64,000 nucleotides of DNA, taken from positions 15,438,001 to 15,502,000 of the forward strand of contig OZ210885.1 in NCBI GenBank assembly GCA_964658305.1, given 5' to 3'. Under the pieces are notes generated by a model that saw nothing but the letters and a program-made list of their open reading frames with translations, did not search any database and was not told the DNA's origin. The DNA is from Leptogorgia sarmentosa (taxonomy: Eukaryota). A program made the position numbers and the translations under genes. Shown piece by piece: positions 35,605 to 48,859 of this stretch. Within the stretch, counting starts at the first letter, position 1, and the number at the start of each line of letters is the position of its first letter.

Positions 35605-36656
35605 TATAACAGTGACAATCAAAATTGATCACAAAAGTGACATCACTACTGTTGCTACGGTAACAATGACAATTAAAGATGGCAGGTATTTTGCCTTTAA
35701 ACGCATTTTGCTTTTGAAAACGCCTGGTTACCCACATTTTTTATTTTGAGAAAACATTTTCTTGCAGTACCGTAAATTATCGGATCAATTTTAAAAAAGT
35801 TCTGTAGAGCCAGAAAAATTTTGAAAAACCCTGTTTATAAATGTTTTAAAAATTTAGTTCTTTAGACCAATTTCCAACTGTTTGATTGTCACTGTAGATA
35901 TGGTATACAGATTTTGATTGCTAGAAAGCACCATCACCTCAAAGGTTTGATCTAACAAAATCTAACTGATGCATTTTCTACAATCTACAAACTGTAGAGA
36001 GTCACCTTAAGAAAAAAAATTAATCTGGGAATAAGAAAGAATATTGGGATCCCACCGTGGTCAGGCAAATTTTTTCAGCCTGCCCGTTGTGGACGCACAA
36101 TCAGAGTGACATCACAATGCATTCTACACCTGAGTACATTTGCACTGTAATAAGATTCATACATGAAAGAATATTTCCAGAAAGAAGTTATCAATCTTAG
36201 AAAAACTGCAAAGTTTGGTTACAAAATGTTTGTATACATTTGTATTACATGTGGAAATTGGTAACTAATTTAGTTACCAATTCATGCACATAATACAAAG
36301 TATACAAATTTGCTAACTTTGAAGGGCTGTATGTTACAACATATTGCAACCAAACGTTGCAACATTACTAATTCCAAGATGCTCTTTCTAGCTGTCGTGA
36401 TAGATTTTGTTCCTTTCGCTTAGATTTAAATTTAGTCTAAATCACAAATCGTCCATTGGTTCATAGCCTGTGAACAGGCCCTCGCAAGCCTGCAGGGAAT
36501 AAAACGGGTGCGATGAAGCGAGGGCCTGTGGACATTCCTATTAGAACACTGTTCCGCCCCTTTCTAATTTTCCCGTGGTAATTATTCGCGCATCAATCAA
36601 ACAGTCACGAGTTATATAATAATTTCTAATTATAATGTGATCTGGGCGGTACTAAC

Positions 36657-37274
36657 ATGAGCGCACAGGCCGTATGTCGCTTATGCAAAAAACAATTGAT
36701 TGCATTCGGCTCAAGACTTCCGAGAGTTTCTTTATTTGCAGTTCTCAAAAACAAGGAATTAGTCACCGCACCACAAACTACTGTAGAACTACATAAACTG
36801 TTCCTGCAAATGGGTTTTCCGCTTCAAAAAGGGAAAAACTTCTCCGAATTGTGCTGCTTATTGTGCGCTCGTAAGACGGTAAGATGTTACAATTTATTTG
36901 AGTCAATAACAAAACATTGCAATGATATAGGGCGCCAAGAAGACTCTACTTCAAGACCTGCACTTCAAAGTCCAAAGCTTCGCCAAAAACGAACAGTGGT
37001 TGCCCATTCTCCAAGTGGTGTTTCCCCTACGGTTAAAAAATGCAGATCTGGCCATGGACAGGCTGTACCTACTTCGAGAAGGGTATTGAGTTTTAATGTT
37101 GACATCCAAAAAGAAAACGAACCAGCTTGCACTTCCAGCTGTGTAGAAGATTCAGAAAATGGCAGCCCAACTCTCGAAAACACTGTTGAAGAGCAAAACT
37201 CAAAGAATGAGATGAATATTGACGACAGAATGAAAGGTTTCATGGATTTATCTGGAACAGCGACAGTCGTAAAA
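36657..37274 (+). CDS. First exon of an Academ ORF (CxxC..CxxC zinc-binding N-terminus), truncated
   Basis: MSAQAVCRLC...LCCLLCARK; donor GTAAGT at 37275; downstream exons are deleted. Confidence 0.55.
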
Positions 37275-37399
37275 GTAAGTAATAATACCTTTTATATTTA
37301 ACGTTGTGAACTATAGTTATAGAGCTTTCAGTCGAGCTTTGTATGCAAATTATATTTTTGTGTCGTATAGATTATAGTTGGTTGGCCCAATTCAGGAAG

Positions 37400-38860
37400 A
37401 ATCATCGAACATGAATGTAAAGATGTTAATGAGAAGAAAGCATTGAAGTGTATTGCCAGACAATCCCCATTGTCACTACAATGACAATTTCCCTTACATG
37501 TTGAACAACACAGATGGGCTGGTGTTTGTGGAGATACATCATCACAAAAATATCCATATAATCCAACCCTTAAACAACAATCACTGTTTAACAATATTTG
37601 CTTTAACTCTTTGTTTATCTCAGATAACTGTCTGTTTGTACCATATATTATACTGTAGGCTTGTTCTCCATCCCTACCAGCCCGGCCAGTTTGCTGCACA
37701 AGTTCTGTGATGCTTTGCGGAGGGCCAAAATGGATAACATACCTGACACTTGGAAAGTTAATACCCATTCCAAGGGCACATGTTGCAATAACAACTCTTT
37801 GTGTACCATCATTTTGGAAGTCACTGACTGTTTGATTCTTATGACTGTCCCATGTCTTTGCATAATAAACACCTAGCAATGGTACTCTTTCCCCTTCCTT
37901 TTCAACAAATGCTTCACTTTTTAAGATCATTAGCAGGTAACTCAACACACTTGAGATGTCATTGAATGTCCTACAAAAAATTATTGTTTGTGGAGTATTT
38001 TCACATTCCCTTTGGATCATTTGAGCAATCCATTTCAAGTGATCCAGCTTATCACATTCATCATTTATGTGTACAAAATTCAGAAAAATTGGAGACACAT
38101 CAACAATCACTGGGTTAATCATACCACACACCTTATACAGGGACTTTCTTTCATCAAGCTTCACAGATGCAGTAAGAGCAAGAAGAGGTGTTCCCGGTAA
38201 AAATGAGCGCAAATTTTTAACTCTTCCAAATGCTTCTCTGAATGGGACCTGTTTTTTTCCTCGTCTATCAAGGGAAGCTTGACCACTGAAAAATAACATA
38301 CAGAGACATCCTATAGTATAGAACTGTATGTAATACAATTACCTATATTCTTTAGCTCGTAGAAATCATCCTTACCAGAGCGAAACAGAATGAACTTCAT
38401 CCACAACAAGTGTCACAATTTGCTTCCCTAGCTGGTTGTCTCTCAATTCACCTAACCATTCATCTGATAACCAACGTTCCGCACTTCCGTACACAATATC
38501 AGCATCATATCCACGTTTCAGCTCGCTTTCATCCTCCTCATCACCCAAAGCGAATGCTTTCAATCCTAATCTCTTTAGTTCTCTTACTTGGTCGTTTATT
38601 ATCGACAAAAGTGGTGTCACAACAATAACAGTGCTTTTACCCTCCAGACACCACAGCTCCTCCAGGACGCTTGGCAAGATTTGAAATATCAAGCTCTTTC
38701 CGTATCCAGTGGGAAGAACGGCTAAAACATCTTTTCTTTCTGAAACCGCCTTTATACACGCTTTCTGTCCACTTTTTAAATGCCTAACGTGTCCAAATTT
38801 CGCTAAAGATTTATCTAAAACCTTATCGAAACTAAAATCGCTACTGGAACACCCAGCCAT
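37400..38860 (-). CDS. RecQ-type SF2 helicase (2 exons, 3' end truncated or chimeric)
   Basis: LPTGYGKS, DEVH, LALTAS, VIATCALGMGINFP, QQTGRAGRDG, Zn site C..R..CCSTC; intron ~38374-38286. Confidence 0.9.
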
Positions 38861-39235
38861 ATTGTTTAGTAAATAAATTTTCGGCAGAAAAAATATTTAT
38901 GCAAATTATCGAGATTGACCAATCAGAGCCTGATACCAGATTCTGGTATCACGGAACAGTGTTCTAATAGGAATGTCCACAGGCCCTCGCTCCATCGCAC
39001 CCGCTTCAGGTCGCACCCGTTTTATTCCCTGCAGGCTTGCGAGGGCCTGTTCACAGGCTAATTGGTTCATGCATTTAAAATTGTTTTTTGAATACTAGTT
39101 CATGTGATAAAGCATGAATTTTTATGCACATGTCAAAAATGCCATAGCCCCTGCTTTATGCAACACTGGACAGTGCACCCCATTCCGTGATATACCAATT
39201 AATTTTTGTACAATGTTAAATACTATTTTCTGTAG

Positions 39236-39903
39236 GCACAGCTATGTTACATGAAATGCTAGAAAAGTTTCGTAATAGTGAGACTGTGTCTAAGGTTCTC
39301 GAGGAAAGTCCCTCATCTGAGGTTTATTGGGCGATCATCAACTCTTCTCATTGGTCTTCGACAAAGGCTGTAACAGATGCAGATTTGCCACTTCTAATCC
39401 AATGTCTCTTAGAAAACGAAATCTTGTTATCACGAAAGTATGAGGTAGACCAGCTAAGTGAAAGGTTGGCTTTTTTGGGATTGCTGGAGAAAATGAAAAA
39501 GAATGCAGATCTTTGCTTCAGTCTATTCTGTTTCAGTGATGACGCAGTTCTTACAGCAGAAAGATTTATCGGTCTCATTGACAGCAAAGTTGAGATTCCA
39601 ACTGACTTTTCTAAAAAGCAGTCGTATGATTGGTTTATTCAGTACATTCAGAGTGCAAGTGCTGAGCAACTGCAGTGTTTACTAAAGTTCGCAACATCTT
39701 TCAAAACAATCCCTCCTTATGGTATGGAACATAAAATTACGATCAAGTATCTCCCAGATGGTGATGAAAAAGCAAGTTTACCAAAATCCCTGGCTTGTTT
39801 ACCCATCCTGAGTCTTCCCACAGTACACTCCAGCCAAACGAAATTCAACGAAAGTGTAGATCTTGCTTTAAAATTCGAAAGCGAAGGTTTTTCGAGCTCC
39901 TAA
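39236..39903 (+). CDS. Terminal exon of a HECT E3 ligase (C-lobe), upstream exons lost
   Basis: LLKFATSFKTIPPYG..ITIKY..LPKSLACLPILSLP..ALKFESEGF; catalytic Cys present; acceptor TTCTGTAG. Confidence 0.8.
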
Positions 39904-40438
39904 ACAAAAAGGAAAAAAAAGGTAATAAAAACCATATGGTAAAGTACTACTAACTTTATCCTCTGCAGGAGCTGTCTCCCAAAGACACACATTAGGTATG
40001 TTGTTTCAAACACTTTGTTAATATTGCTATCAGGCCTGTTAATTGTTTCTGGTCCTTTGAGTTGGTATTGTTATGTTAATATATTGTACCTATACTGTTG
40101 GCACTAGTACTGTAGGTATATACTATGACTAGTAAAAATATTACTACTTTGTCTTCAAATTTGTTAACACAGAGGGATGTGTTGCAGGGACATGCTGCAG
40201 GGACAAATCCCATCATGTATATTTTCTGTCATAGGCAACCAGCCAACCTCAATAGATGTGCCTACAAAACACCATCAATAGCATATTTTACAAGCTGGCA
40301 ACTGGTATTTTCTTTAACCTTAGACATATTGTGAGAACCTTTGATTATGCATTTAAACAGAAAAAAATCAATATTTGCAAATTTGGACTATTATTTTTTG
40401 CTATTAGATACTCTTAACAAAAAACCCCTGAAATTTCA

Positions 40439-40537
40439 ATTTCATTATGTTTTATTAATTAGAATGTTTAAATAAGACAGTATATATATTATATACTGTC
40501 TTATTTAAACATTCTAATTAATAAAACATAATGAAAT
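40439..40537. repeat. Near-perfect 99-bp palindrome (47-bp arms)
   Basis: ATTTCATTATGTTTTATTAATTAGAATGTTTAAATAAGACAGTATAT, a 5-bp spacer, then the exact reverse complement. Confidence 0.9.
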
Positions 40538-40558
40538 ACTATTATACAATGGGCAATA

Positions 40559-40949
40559 CAGGGTGTATCATTTATATCTGACTGCTGGGGTGGTTGTTGT
40601 CAAACATCACCTAAAACAGGCTTCATAGGGTGTAAATTTATGAAATGTTGTTGCAGTCGTTAAAGTCCTAGGCAATTTGGTGTACAATAAGTCCATCGCA
40701 CAACCTCTCTTTTACAAGCTGCTAAAACATTTCCCAAACTTACACTCCATGAATGATACCTTGTTTAGTTGGCGTTTGACAACAACCACCCTGGCAGTTG
40801 GATGTAACATTTTCAGATAAATTTTAGTGGTGGAGTAATCAGAAGACCTTCAAATATCCATATTAACAAAAAAACAACAATCGAAAATTAAGCTGCTTGT
40901 TTGGTTGATAAGCTGTTTTATAATTGTTTGCTTTTTTTGACACACCCTG
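40559..40949. mobile_element. Degenerate Tc1/mariner-type MITE
   Basis: TA|CAGGGTGT ... ACACCCTG|TA, with an internal inverted repeat GGGTGGTTGTTGTCAAAC / GTTTGACAACAACCACCC. Confidence 0.6.
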
Positions 40950-41058
40950 TAGATTTACTTGCTTTACTTATGAATTTTGTTATGTATTGTACAACAGGTG
41001 CTAAAATGTATATAATGGTTAATGTTATGTTATTTGTTAAATAAAGTTTATAATTAGC

Positions 41059-43842
41059 TTACTGAATTGCTTGTTGTAAGCTTATTACCACATTGAGATA
41101 AATGTCCAACCCAAATGACTGACTTTCAGCTAAAGGATTGTACTGCAAACAGTCATGCACATCAGTATCATCTGGTAAGTCTACGTATACTTGAGGGACC
41201 TCAATATGTGACCCACTTTCAATGTTGTCACCCCACTCCTGACTTGGCAATGGTCCATTCCAGTCTATACTTGATTGCACAGCCTCCATCTAAATTTACA
41301 CATACTGCTATGTACTTTTCTATCATGACCATATTTATATGTACCATATTCTCTCTATTTAGTCCCCCCTCCCTAATACATCCTCTCTCTCTAATAAACC
41401 CTCCTTTTTTAAGTTAAGAAATTTATTAAGAACCCTCTCTATTAAGCCCTTCATTATTAAGCTAGTAGAATTTTTTACCATAAAATAAATATGCCCCCCT
41501 TCTCTCAAAAGGTTCTGAAGAAAATTTGTTAAAATTTCTTCATCAAATGTCAATTTTTTATGTATGCTGTGCACTTATAGTTACAGTACATGTATTCTAA
41601 CTGTAAACAGTACTCACGAAATGAACAAATCTACATTATTTAGAACTGTTGTATGTATTGCTCACCTCGCTGATTTCATGACTTGAACTGTTGCTGTGGT
41701 GACCCCACAACCATAGCTGTGCTGGAGACATGTTTCGTTCACTTGACAATGGGTGGTTATTCCATCCATTACCAAACTCCAACAGATGAGCATTTATCTG
41801 AGGCTCAAATACATATCTCAAAGAAAACAGGTGTACATCATTTGTAATGTCAAGGAGTCCTTCATGTTCCATGTATGAAAACAGGTTGTAATAAATATAG
41901 GTGCATCCTTGGAAGAGATCCCTCCAGAATCTTTCAATTCTTTGATTATGGCAGCTCTTACCAGCAATGAAACTGCCCCTGTTAGGACCTCGGTCTTGAT
42001 GTGTGAACATAAACCAAGCCACATCGACATTCTCACAACCTTGATCGGCTCTTACACGAGATGGTAGGCCATATTGGGTGACAGCTTCTTTAAATAGTGT
42101 CAGAACAGTATCAGCTCTATTGTTGCAGCTGCATCTTAAATACATGATGTGCCTGGAATAGCCATCAATCCCACCATGTATCACAAAACCCCATCTGAAT
42201 GCAAAAATGAAATAGCATATCTATTAAAAAGAAAAGCATGGAATGTATACAGTTAATAGTTACGTAAACCATATGCAGTGGCTTCTTGGCGACACATTTA
42301 AACTAGCGAACAAATGAAATTTGTCTTTGTAAAAACTGATTGTTTACAACAAAAATTTGCCGATGTGCGGCTTTCAGCTTATCATAAAACTTACATGATT
42401 GAAAATGCAGGAGCAGGAAATAGCATTATAGAGAACATACAAATAATTTCTTTTTCGGGGAGGGGGCATGGTCCTGAACCTCCCCAAAGGTCTCGCACCT
42501 TTGGCACTTGCATTGCCCCCCCTCCAGTCTGAACAGCGACACCCCCTTGCTGTTTACCTTATTAATTTGTGATTACCATCAATATGCCACATGGATAATG
42601 GTGCTTGAACAAAATATGTTCTTCGGTTAACTGTTGTCAACCGTAAGGCACGCATTAGTATTCCTTGTGGATCTACTCTTCTCATACTATCCCGGATTCT
42701 ATTCCACTGAATATTGAAGCCTCTAGCTCTTAAGTTCCCACGCATCTGTCGATAACCACAGTTGGGAAATTCACTCACAATTCTTGCACTATATGGAAAA
42801 ATTATGCAACTAAGTAAATTTCGAAAATTATAGCATTTGGGGTGGGGACTGTTTTAGGTTTCAGATGAAAAATATGGATCAATTTACTTTAACGCCCCCC
42901 CCCCCCCCCACCTCAGGTGACGTATATTCGTTCTTGAATATAAGCCCTCCTTTTATCATGTGAAAAGTTAAAAAGAAAAAGGGAAAAAAGTCAGAAATTT
43001 CATTTAAAATTGCATCAAACTTTCTGAACAGGCTCACTCTCATATCTCTTCGGTCGACATTCATTGCCTTTATTTTTGTTGTCCATCGATTTCAGTATGT
43101 TAATTGCTTCTTGACTAAGCGCTATGCTAAAATTTTTAACCGCATGAGTAGAAGTGTGTCACAGTGACTGCTTTCTGTCCAAGGCCAAAATAACGCAGGA
43201 AAAAATTTAAAAGACTATTGAAACAGATAGTATAGGGGGGCTTCTTTTCAAATGCAAAATTTCGACACACAGTATACAGGTGGTGGGGGGGGGGGGGCTA
43301 TATTCAAATGCTAAATTTTGTCATTTGAATATATGCCACCCCAAGCGAGGGGGGGGGGATTGTTAAAGTAAATTGATCCTGCTTACTTACATCAGTTGAT
43401 CTAAATCTGAATCACTCATACAACTGTAGGTATTTCTCTTTAACTGAAATTTGTCAATGCGCCTTTGAACCGTCTTTGGTGATACAGAAAAAAATTTCGA
43501 AATTTGAACGTTGGTGAAGTTATACTCAATATAAAGTTCTAGCTGTTCTTTCGGTATGATAACTTCTGGGCATCCACGGCAGCCTGTCTTCTTAAATAAC
43601 TTTTCTTGAATTTCTTCAGCCTTGTTGTTTAAAAGAAGTTCATGAGCACTGTTTAGTAATGTCACGAGTTGGAATGGAATATTGAAAGATACATCTGCTG
43701 CATTAAGTAAATAAATAATTCTTTCCAAGTGAAGGCAAATATAATCCCTACAATCTTCATTCTCTGCTGTTATTCCATCTATACGGTTGATTAGAAACTC
43801 TATACTTGAGCGAAGGCCATTCTGCAACGACGCCGTCGCCAT
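41059..43842 (-). CDS. IS3EU-type DDE transposase, 4 exons, apparently intact
   Basis: Exons ~43842-43391, ~42788-42558, ~42194-41666 and 41289-41059 join in phase: [63 protein letters not shown]. Confidence 0.88.
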
Positions 43843-44684
43843 GTTTAAAAACAAAAACATACATGATTCCGATTAATTATGCAAATATGCACCTTTTTCA
43901 ATATATCAAAAGGCGACGAGTCGAACCCGTGGTGAGAATCAGCACGACGACTCGAAGACGGGAAAAGATTTTGTTTAGTTCGACCCGACCCGACTCGGCG
44001 AATCGGCGCGTGAACAGTCGAGGCGTGGGGGCACGACGCATCAAAACGGGATATTCGACTTGTCGAAACCGACATTCGACGAGTCGAAACCCACAATTGA
44101 CGAGTCGAACGCGACAGTGGGCCAGTCGATTTGATACTCAGAGACACGACTCGACGAGCCGAATATTTTGTCCACGATTTCACTTCATAGGAAAAATGGT
44201 CTTTGATGGGTTCATTGAGAAGATGAAATGCATCACCGAACATGAAGATTACAGTGCAATGTCAAATAAAACAGTCTTATTGCAAGTTGCGCCACTTTTG
44301 AGGAACAAAGATGGAGTAAAATATAAACGCTGTGCTGGAACCCAAGAAAACGAGTTAGTATATTATATCTGTTGTAACGTTTTTACCTTCGATACGTGTC
44401 GCGTTATATATATATATATTATTTTATTGAAGGTTTGTTCGATCAGTTGCCTATAGGTGGATTCTAAGATGGCTTTGTGGGTACATTGGATGGGATAATA
44501 GAAGACCTCTGCCAGCTTGTATATATGAACATATAAGGACCAAGTACCAAACTGGACAATCAAGGCGTTACAAGAGGGTGTGACCAATGTCTTGACCTAG
44601 TTCACAGCAGGGTTGCCACAGTTTTCTTTGGAATGCCCGGAACGATTGCAGAAGGTACTCCCGAAAAACTGCATGGTAAACCAT

Positions 44685-45245
44685 GTGTCTACGTATCTGC
44701 CGATGTGCTCGTCTATATGTACGTGCCCATGTCTACATATCTACGCGTCTACATGTCTACGCGTCTACATGTGTACGAATATACATGTCTATCCGTCTAC
44801 ATGTATACGCGTCTAGATGTATACGCGTCTACATGTCTACGCGTCTACATGTCTACATGTGTCGCGTCTACATGTGTCGCGTGTACATGTGTACGAATCT
44901 ACATGTCTACGCATCTACATGTGTCGCGTCTACATGTCTACATGTCTACGCATCTATATGTCAACATGTGTCTACTTGTCTACACGTCTACATGTTTGTA
45001 CAAGTCTGCGTGTACATGTCTACGCAAGTCAAGTCCATCTGCACCTGTAAATACGTATGTATATGTAATATGTGTTTATATAATGGGAGCAAACCCAAAC
45101 GCTGACCCTAATGCTGACCCTAACCCTAATGCTAACCCTAATGCTGACCCTAACCCTAATGCTCACCCTAACCCTAATGCTCACCCTAACCCTAATGCTA
45201 ACCCTAATGCCAACCACAACGATAACATGAACCCCAGCCCTAGGC
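44685..45245. repeat. Subterminal-type tandem repeats: (GTCTACAT/GTCTACGC)n, then (AACCCT/AATGCT)n
   Basis: Visible at 44685-45035 and 45090-45245. The same TCTACGCGT motif recurs at ~48850-48879. Confidence 0.8.
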
Positions 45246-45347
45246 TCATCCTAATTAACAGAACCGAAATTATATAGCTTTTTACAATAAACATTAATTT
45301 ATAAAGTGAACATTGTATCGTAATCCAGAGGCATAAAAGATAGATGT

Positions 45348-46381
45348 TTAATCATCAACTTCGTAAATTTTTTTCACATCGTCTAAAAAACATTGAAATA
45401 AATCGTCCTCTTTATGGATGTGGCGCCAAATAAACTCTGCGAGATGACTGGAGTGCTGACCTTGCTTCACTCCAAATGTTGGTAAACCTGCCTTTGCCAA
45501 CCTCCACAGTCCCTCCACTTTATTGGTATGCTGGCCGTCCTTGTTAACAAATTCAACAGAATGGTTCACTGTCGCATGTTTATAACCATGTTTTTCAAGA
45601 TTAACGTACGACTTCCAGCAATCTGAAATAATCAGCGTCCCAGGCTCAATCCACTGTTGAATAATAGGCAGGAGAGTGGCCTCTGATCTACAATCCATGG
45701 CAGTCATAAAACACTTTCTGGAGTCACTCTCTATGCCACCAAATACCCATTGTCCTTTTACAACATGCCCTCTATGGTACTATCTTTTCCCAAACAAACT
45801 TTCATCTATCTGCACAACCTTACCCTCACCTCCTATTTTACAGCTTTCATGCATGATAGTCACTTCGCAAACTTCACGGCAAAAAGAGTCCCAATCAACA
45901 GCTGTGTTAGTAGCTAAGGACAACTGCTGAATAATTTGGTGTTGCGGTAAATTAACTGACCACCAGTGAGTGAACTTAAGTACCTCTTCCATGCTCATGT
46001 TAGATTTTTCGAACCAACTGTCTTTTCTTATACTTGCTTCTCTGTAATGATCCTTCTTACCAATCTTTTTATGGCAAAGCCACTTGTAGCCATCCTTTGA
46101 TCACAACACTTTACCAGTTTCATCAAACTGCCACATTCGCTACAAGTACGTTCCACCGCTAATAAATTTTCTGCTTTCAACCAGTCCAGCATATGTTCTT
46201 TGTTGGACAAAATATTATCTTTAAGGAAATCATACGTCGTGAAATTTCTTTTTGCCGCTCTAGCGCGTCGATCGTAACTTTGTGAAGCCGGTGTCAAAGT
46301 TTGTGTGTGTCCTTCGACCAACGCAGATTTGGAAACGCCAACTTGGCACCCCATATTCTTTTTTCGCTTTACCGTATACAT
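45348..46381 (-). pseudogene. Merlin (IS1595/ISXO2-like) transposase
   Basis: Zn ribbon CSECGSLMKLVKC; GGEGKVVQIDESLFGKR*YHRG..QWVFGG; IISDCWKSY; TVNHS; HTNKVEGLW. One frameshift (~46095) and an in-frame stop at 45780-45782. Confidence 0.88.
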
Positions 46382-46882
46382 GCTCTTAAAACTGTGAAGT
46401 AGTGCAATCCTTATTTACATTGAAGCTCGCTATCAGTTTAATTCATAACTCTTTTAATGATTCACAAATTGTTTTTACGGTCAGCCACCTAAGAAAACTA
46501 AAACCCATAATGATGAAATTATAATAAACTTGTCATAAACAACGCATGGAACAATAGTAATGACCGCATATGTATTGTCGAATGAACCATGAAAATTGAA
46601 ATAGGTTTATATGGTAAATGGTTATTTAATCTTGTTAATACGTATGTTAACTTCTGTGTGAAAAACGTCGATCTGATGTGCTTATAAGCACATGCATGCT
46701 CAAATAAGGTAATTTAAATGCCGTAGAAACCGCTTTGGGAGTATACATACATATAATACATACCCCATACAAGGGCAGAAATATAATCAAGATTATCATC
46801 AATTATCACCACTAAATAACCACATGCACATTAATATTAGTCTTTAATTGTTTGCTTTCTGGCTACTTGCTTCACTGTAGTT

Positions 46883-48499
46883 ATGTCTTGCTCCAAACTA
46901 TCGAAAGTAAGTCGACAAAGTAAAGGAACATGGAGTTCACTTCACAAAAGGTTAATCGACTTGCCATTCGACTATGAAGAGCTTTTCGATGGTGCAGTCT
47001 ATGACTTTCTGCAAAAAGTGGCAAAGTCACTAAGTACAAGTGTGGGATACTTGCTTCCTGGCATAATAACGACTACGGCGTTTCTCGCAGGAAACACACA
47101 TAAAACAGTTAAATATGGTCATCACCAGGTCCCCCTAAACTTGTACATAGTCTACGTAGGACCAACCACCACCGGAAAGTCGCAAGCCTTGAAAGAAACC
47201 GCAATAAAACCAATAACCTGTATTATGGAGAATGCGGACCTGCCAAACTTTCTCATTGAGAAATGCACATCTTCGGCATTAGCCAAGGTTCTCTCTCAAC
47301 ATGGGAAAACGTTCGTTGCCTTGCCAGAAATATATGACTTCATCAATAAACTATTAAAATCGGATGATGAAAATGCTACTGGTGATGCGCAGCTCCTCTG
47401 TGAAGTATTCTCCGGTTAGCGTGCTTCGTATAGATACGCAACAGAGAAAACACGGACCATTCCAGAGAACACGCCATTCACAATCGTCGGAGCAACACAA
47501 GTGCCTTTTGCAGCTCGTATAATCGCTCGAATGGATCAAGGTCATGGTTTACTTGATCGCTTTATGATCCTTTTCCCGAATTGTCTTCGACCAAATATAA
47601 ATGAGACAGAGGAAGCTCGACGTGCGCTGAATGAAGTTCCCTTAAAATGTATCACTGACATTTTTATCGAACTGTACGAACTTTTGGGAGACAATGCGCA
47701 AACGTACACATTCACCACAACTGCCCAGGTGTTATTAAAAGAAATACAGTCCGAGGAAATTGAGATTGTAAACGCTGCTATCTTAGATGGAAAACCTTCA
47801 GCCAAAAGCAAAACGTTCGAGTTGATCAAAAGATTGTCAGTTTGCCTCCACATATTTAACCATGTCGCTAGCAAGCTCATTGCAGGTGAAAAACCTACTG
47901 CACCAGAAGCAGTTGTTCCATTCACTGCTGTATCCAGAGCACAGAAGTTGATCAGCTATGGCAACACGCAGAAGAACATAGCAACATCGGTAAGATAATG
48001 CATATGAAAATTAACAGAATGCATGCTAGATAATACCATACTCTAACCCATGTTACACTGATTTATTGAATTCACCATTAGTTTATTGATGAAATGCTGA
48101 CCACATGTAGAGACAAGGAAACCTCCACAACCACAACAGGAGCAAATACAGGTTGCTATTCTACAAATCTCTGGCCCTATTGTAAGTTTTAGAGGATTCA
48201 AACAGTCAGCGCCGAGAAAGATGAAAAGCCTGACAGTAGAAGAGTTCAAGCACAACGCAGAGGCCTTATCAAATTACGGGAAGTTGGTATCCATACGAGT
48301 TCCCCGCCAACCAAAACCATCGAGCATTCACATAAAGAAAGAACCCAGCAGCATACAGTGGCCAGGTGTAATATCCCAGCAGACCTACACTGAAAAGTAT
48401 CGTCTTCCGTTGCATTCCTCTGTTGGGGAAGGTGTGAAAAGAAGTCTTGTTAATGCAGGACACGTCACGAACGAGTTCTTCACCAAACATGTTCCCTGA
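46883..48499 (+). pseudogene. DUF3987/YfjI-like P-loop ATPase (primase-associated helicase-like), spliced
   Basis: VGPTTTGKS (Walker A), TSSAL, LPEIYDF (Walker B-like), LLCEVFSG*RASY..IVGATQ, GLLDRF. TAG at 47417-47419 is read through in frame; intron ~47989-48080. Confidence 0.7.
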
Positions 48500-48859
48500 T
48501 ATCATAGTGAGTGGTTATAGAGATTATTAAACTGTTGGAAAATGCATGTAATGTCTGCATATCCTAAGCTTGATTACTCATCATATTGTGTGTAAAAATA
48601 TTGTTTGTAACGACTAATGTTTTATTATCATTGATAAATGTTAATTATTCAAATCTAAGATAACATACTGAATAATGTATTTTCTTGCATTATTGCTCAT
48701 GTCTTGTAATCATTATTACTTTATTACATTGCAAATATTTAATTATTACGACAAATGTACTTTATTCTATTGCGCTGCATACAAAAACTATACAAAAAGA
48801 CGGTCAAGTATACAACATAATGTTTATCTATCATTCGTATTCGTGAAATGTCTACGCGT

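Larger units (their letters stand above)
36464..39060. mobile_element. AcademH-type element, internally deleted (no transposase core)
   Basis: TAG...CTA termini; ~95-bp TIR (TAGCCTGTGAACAGGCCCTCGC..); perfect 9-bp TSD ATTGGTTCA (36455-36463 and 39061-39069); RecQ helicase inside. Confidence 0.92.
35152..44189. mobile_element. IS3EU-type DNA transposon #2 (transposase + HECT remnant)
   Basis: Termini TATGAAGTGAAATCGTGG / CCACGATTTCACTTCATA; ~94-bp TIR (35152-35245 vs 44096-44189); perfect 6-bp TSD GGAAAA (35146-35151 and 44190-44195). Confidence 0.92.
34700..44583 (+). pseudogene. KolX (P2X7 C-terminal-like Cys-rich) gene of Kolobok, split by IS3EU #2
   Basis: Exons 34700-34989, 35064-35151 joined to 44196-44353, and 44433-44583. 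Reads WCKCEHC..EYRCCREV..WGK|MVFDG..CITEHEDY..ENE|FVRSVAYRW..GYIGWDNRRPLPACIY, in frame once the insertion is removed. Confidence 0.85.

Noticed and set aside
37400..38860. Host RecQ/WRN/BLM gene
   Set aside because: It lies within Academ TIRs and a perfect 9-bp TSD.
34700..44583. P2X7 purinoceptor gene
   Set aside because: Only the Cys-rich C-terminal-like domain is present, with no transmembrane or ectodomain. This matches Kolobok KolX.
44600..44685. Minus-strand zinc-knuckle-like peptide ([13 protein letters not shown]) or hAT-like end CAGGGTTGCCACAG
   Set aside because: Too short to decide; no supporting splice site, partner TIR or TSD.
45090..45245. AACCCT repeats as a telomere or interstitial telomere
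   Set aside because: They are interleaved with AATGCT/GACCCT units and lie beside a transposase, so they look like subterminal TE repeats.
44613..45277. Overlapping ORFs rich in CVYMST and (NP)n, resembling circumsporozoite repeats
   Set aside because: They are translations of tandem DNA repeats open in several frames; not a credible gene.
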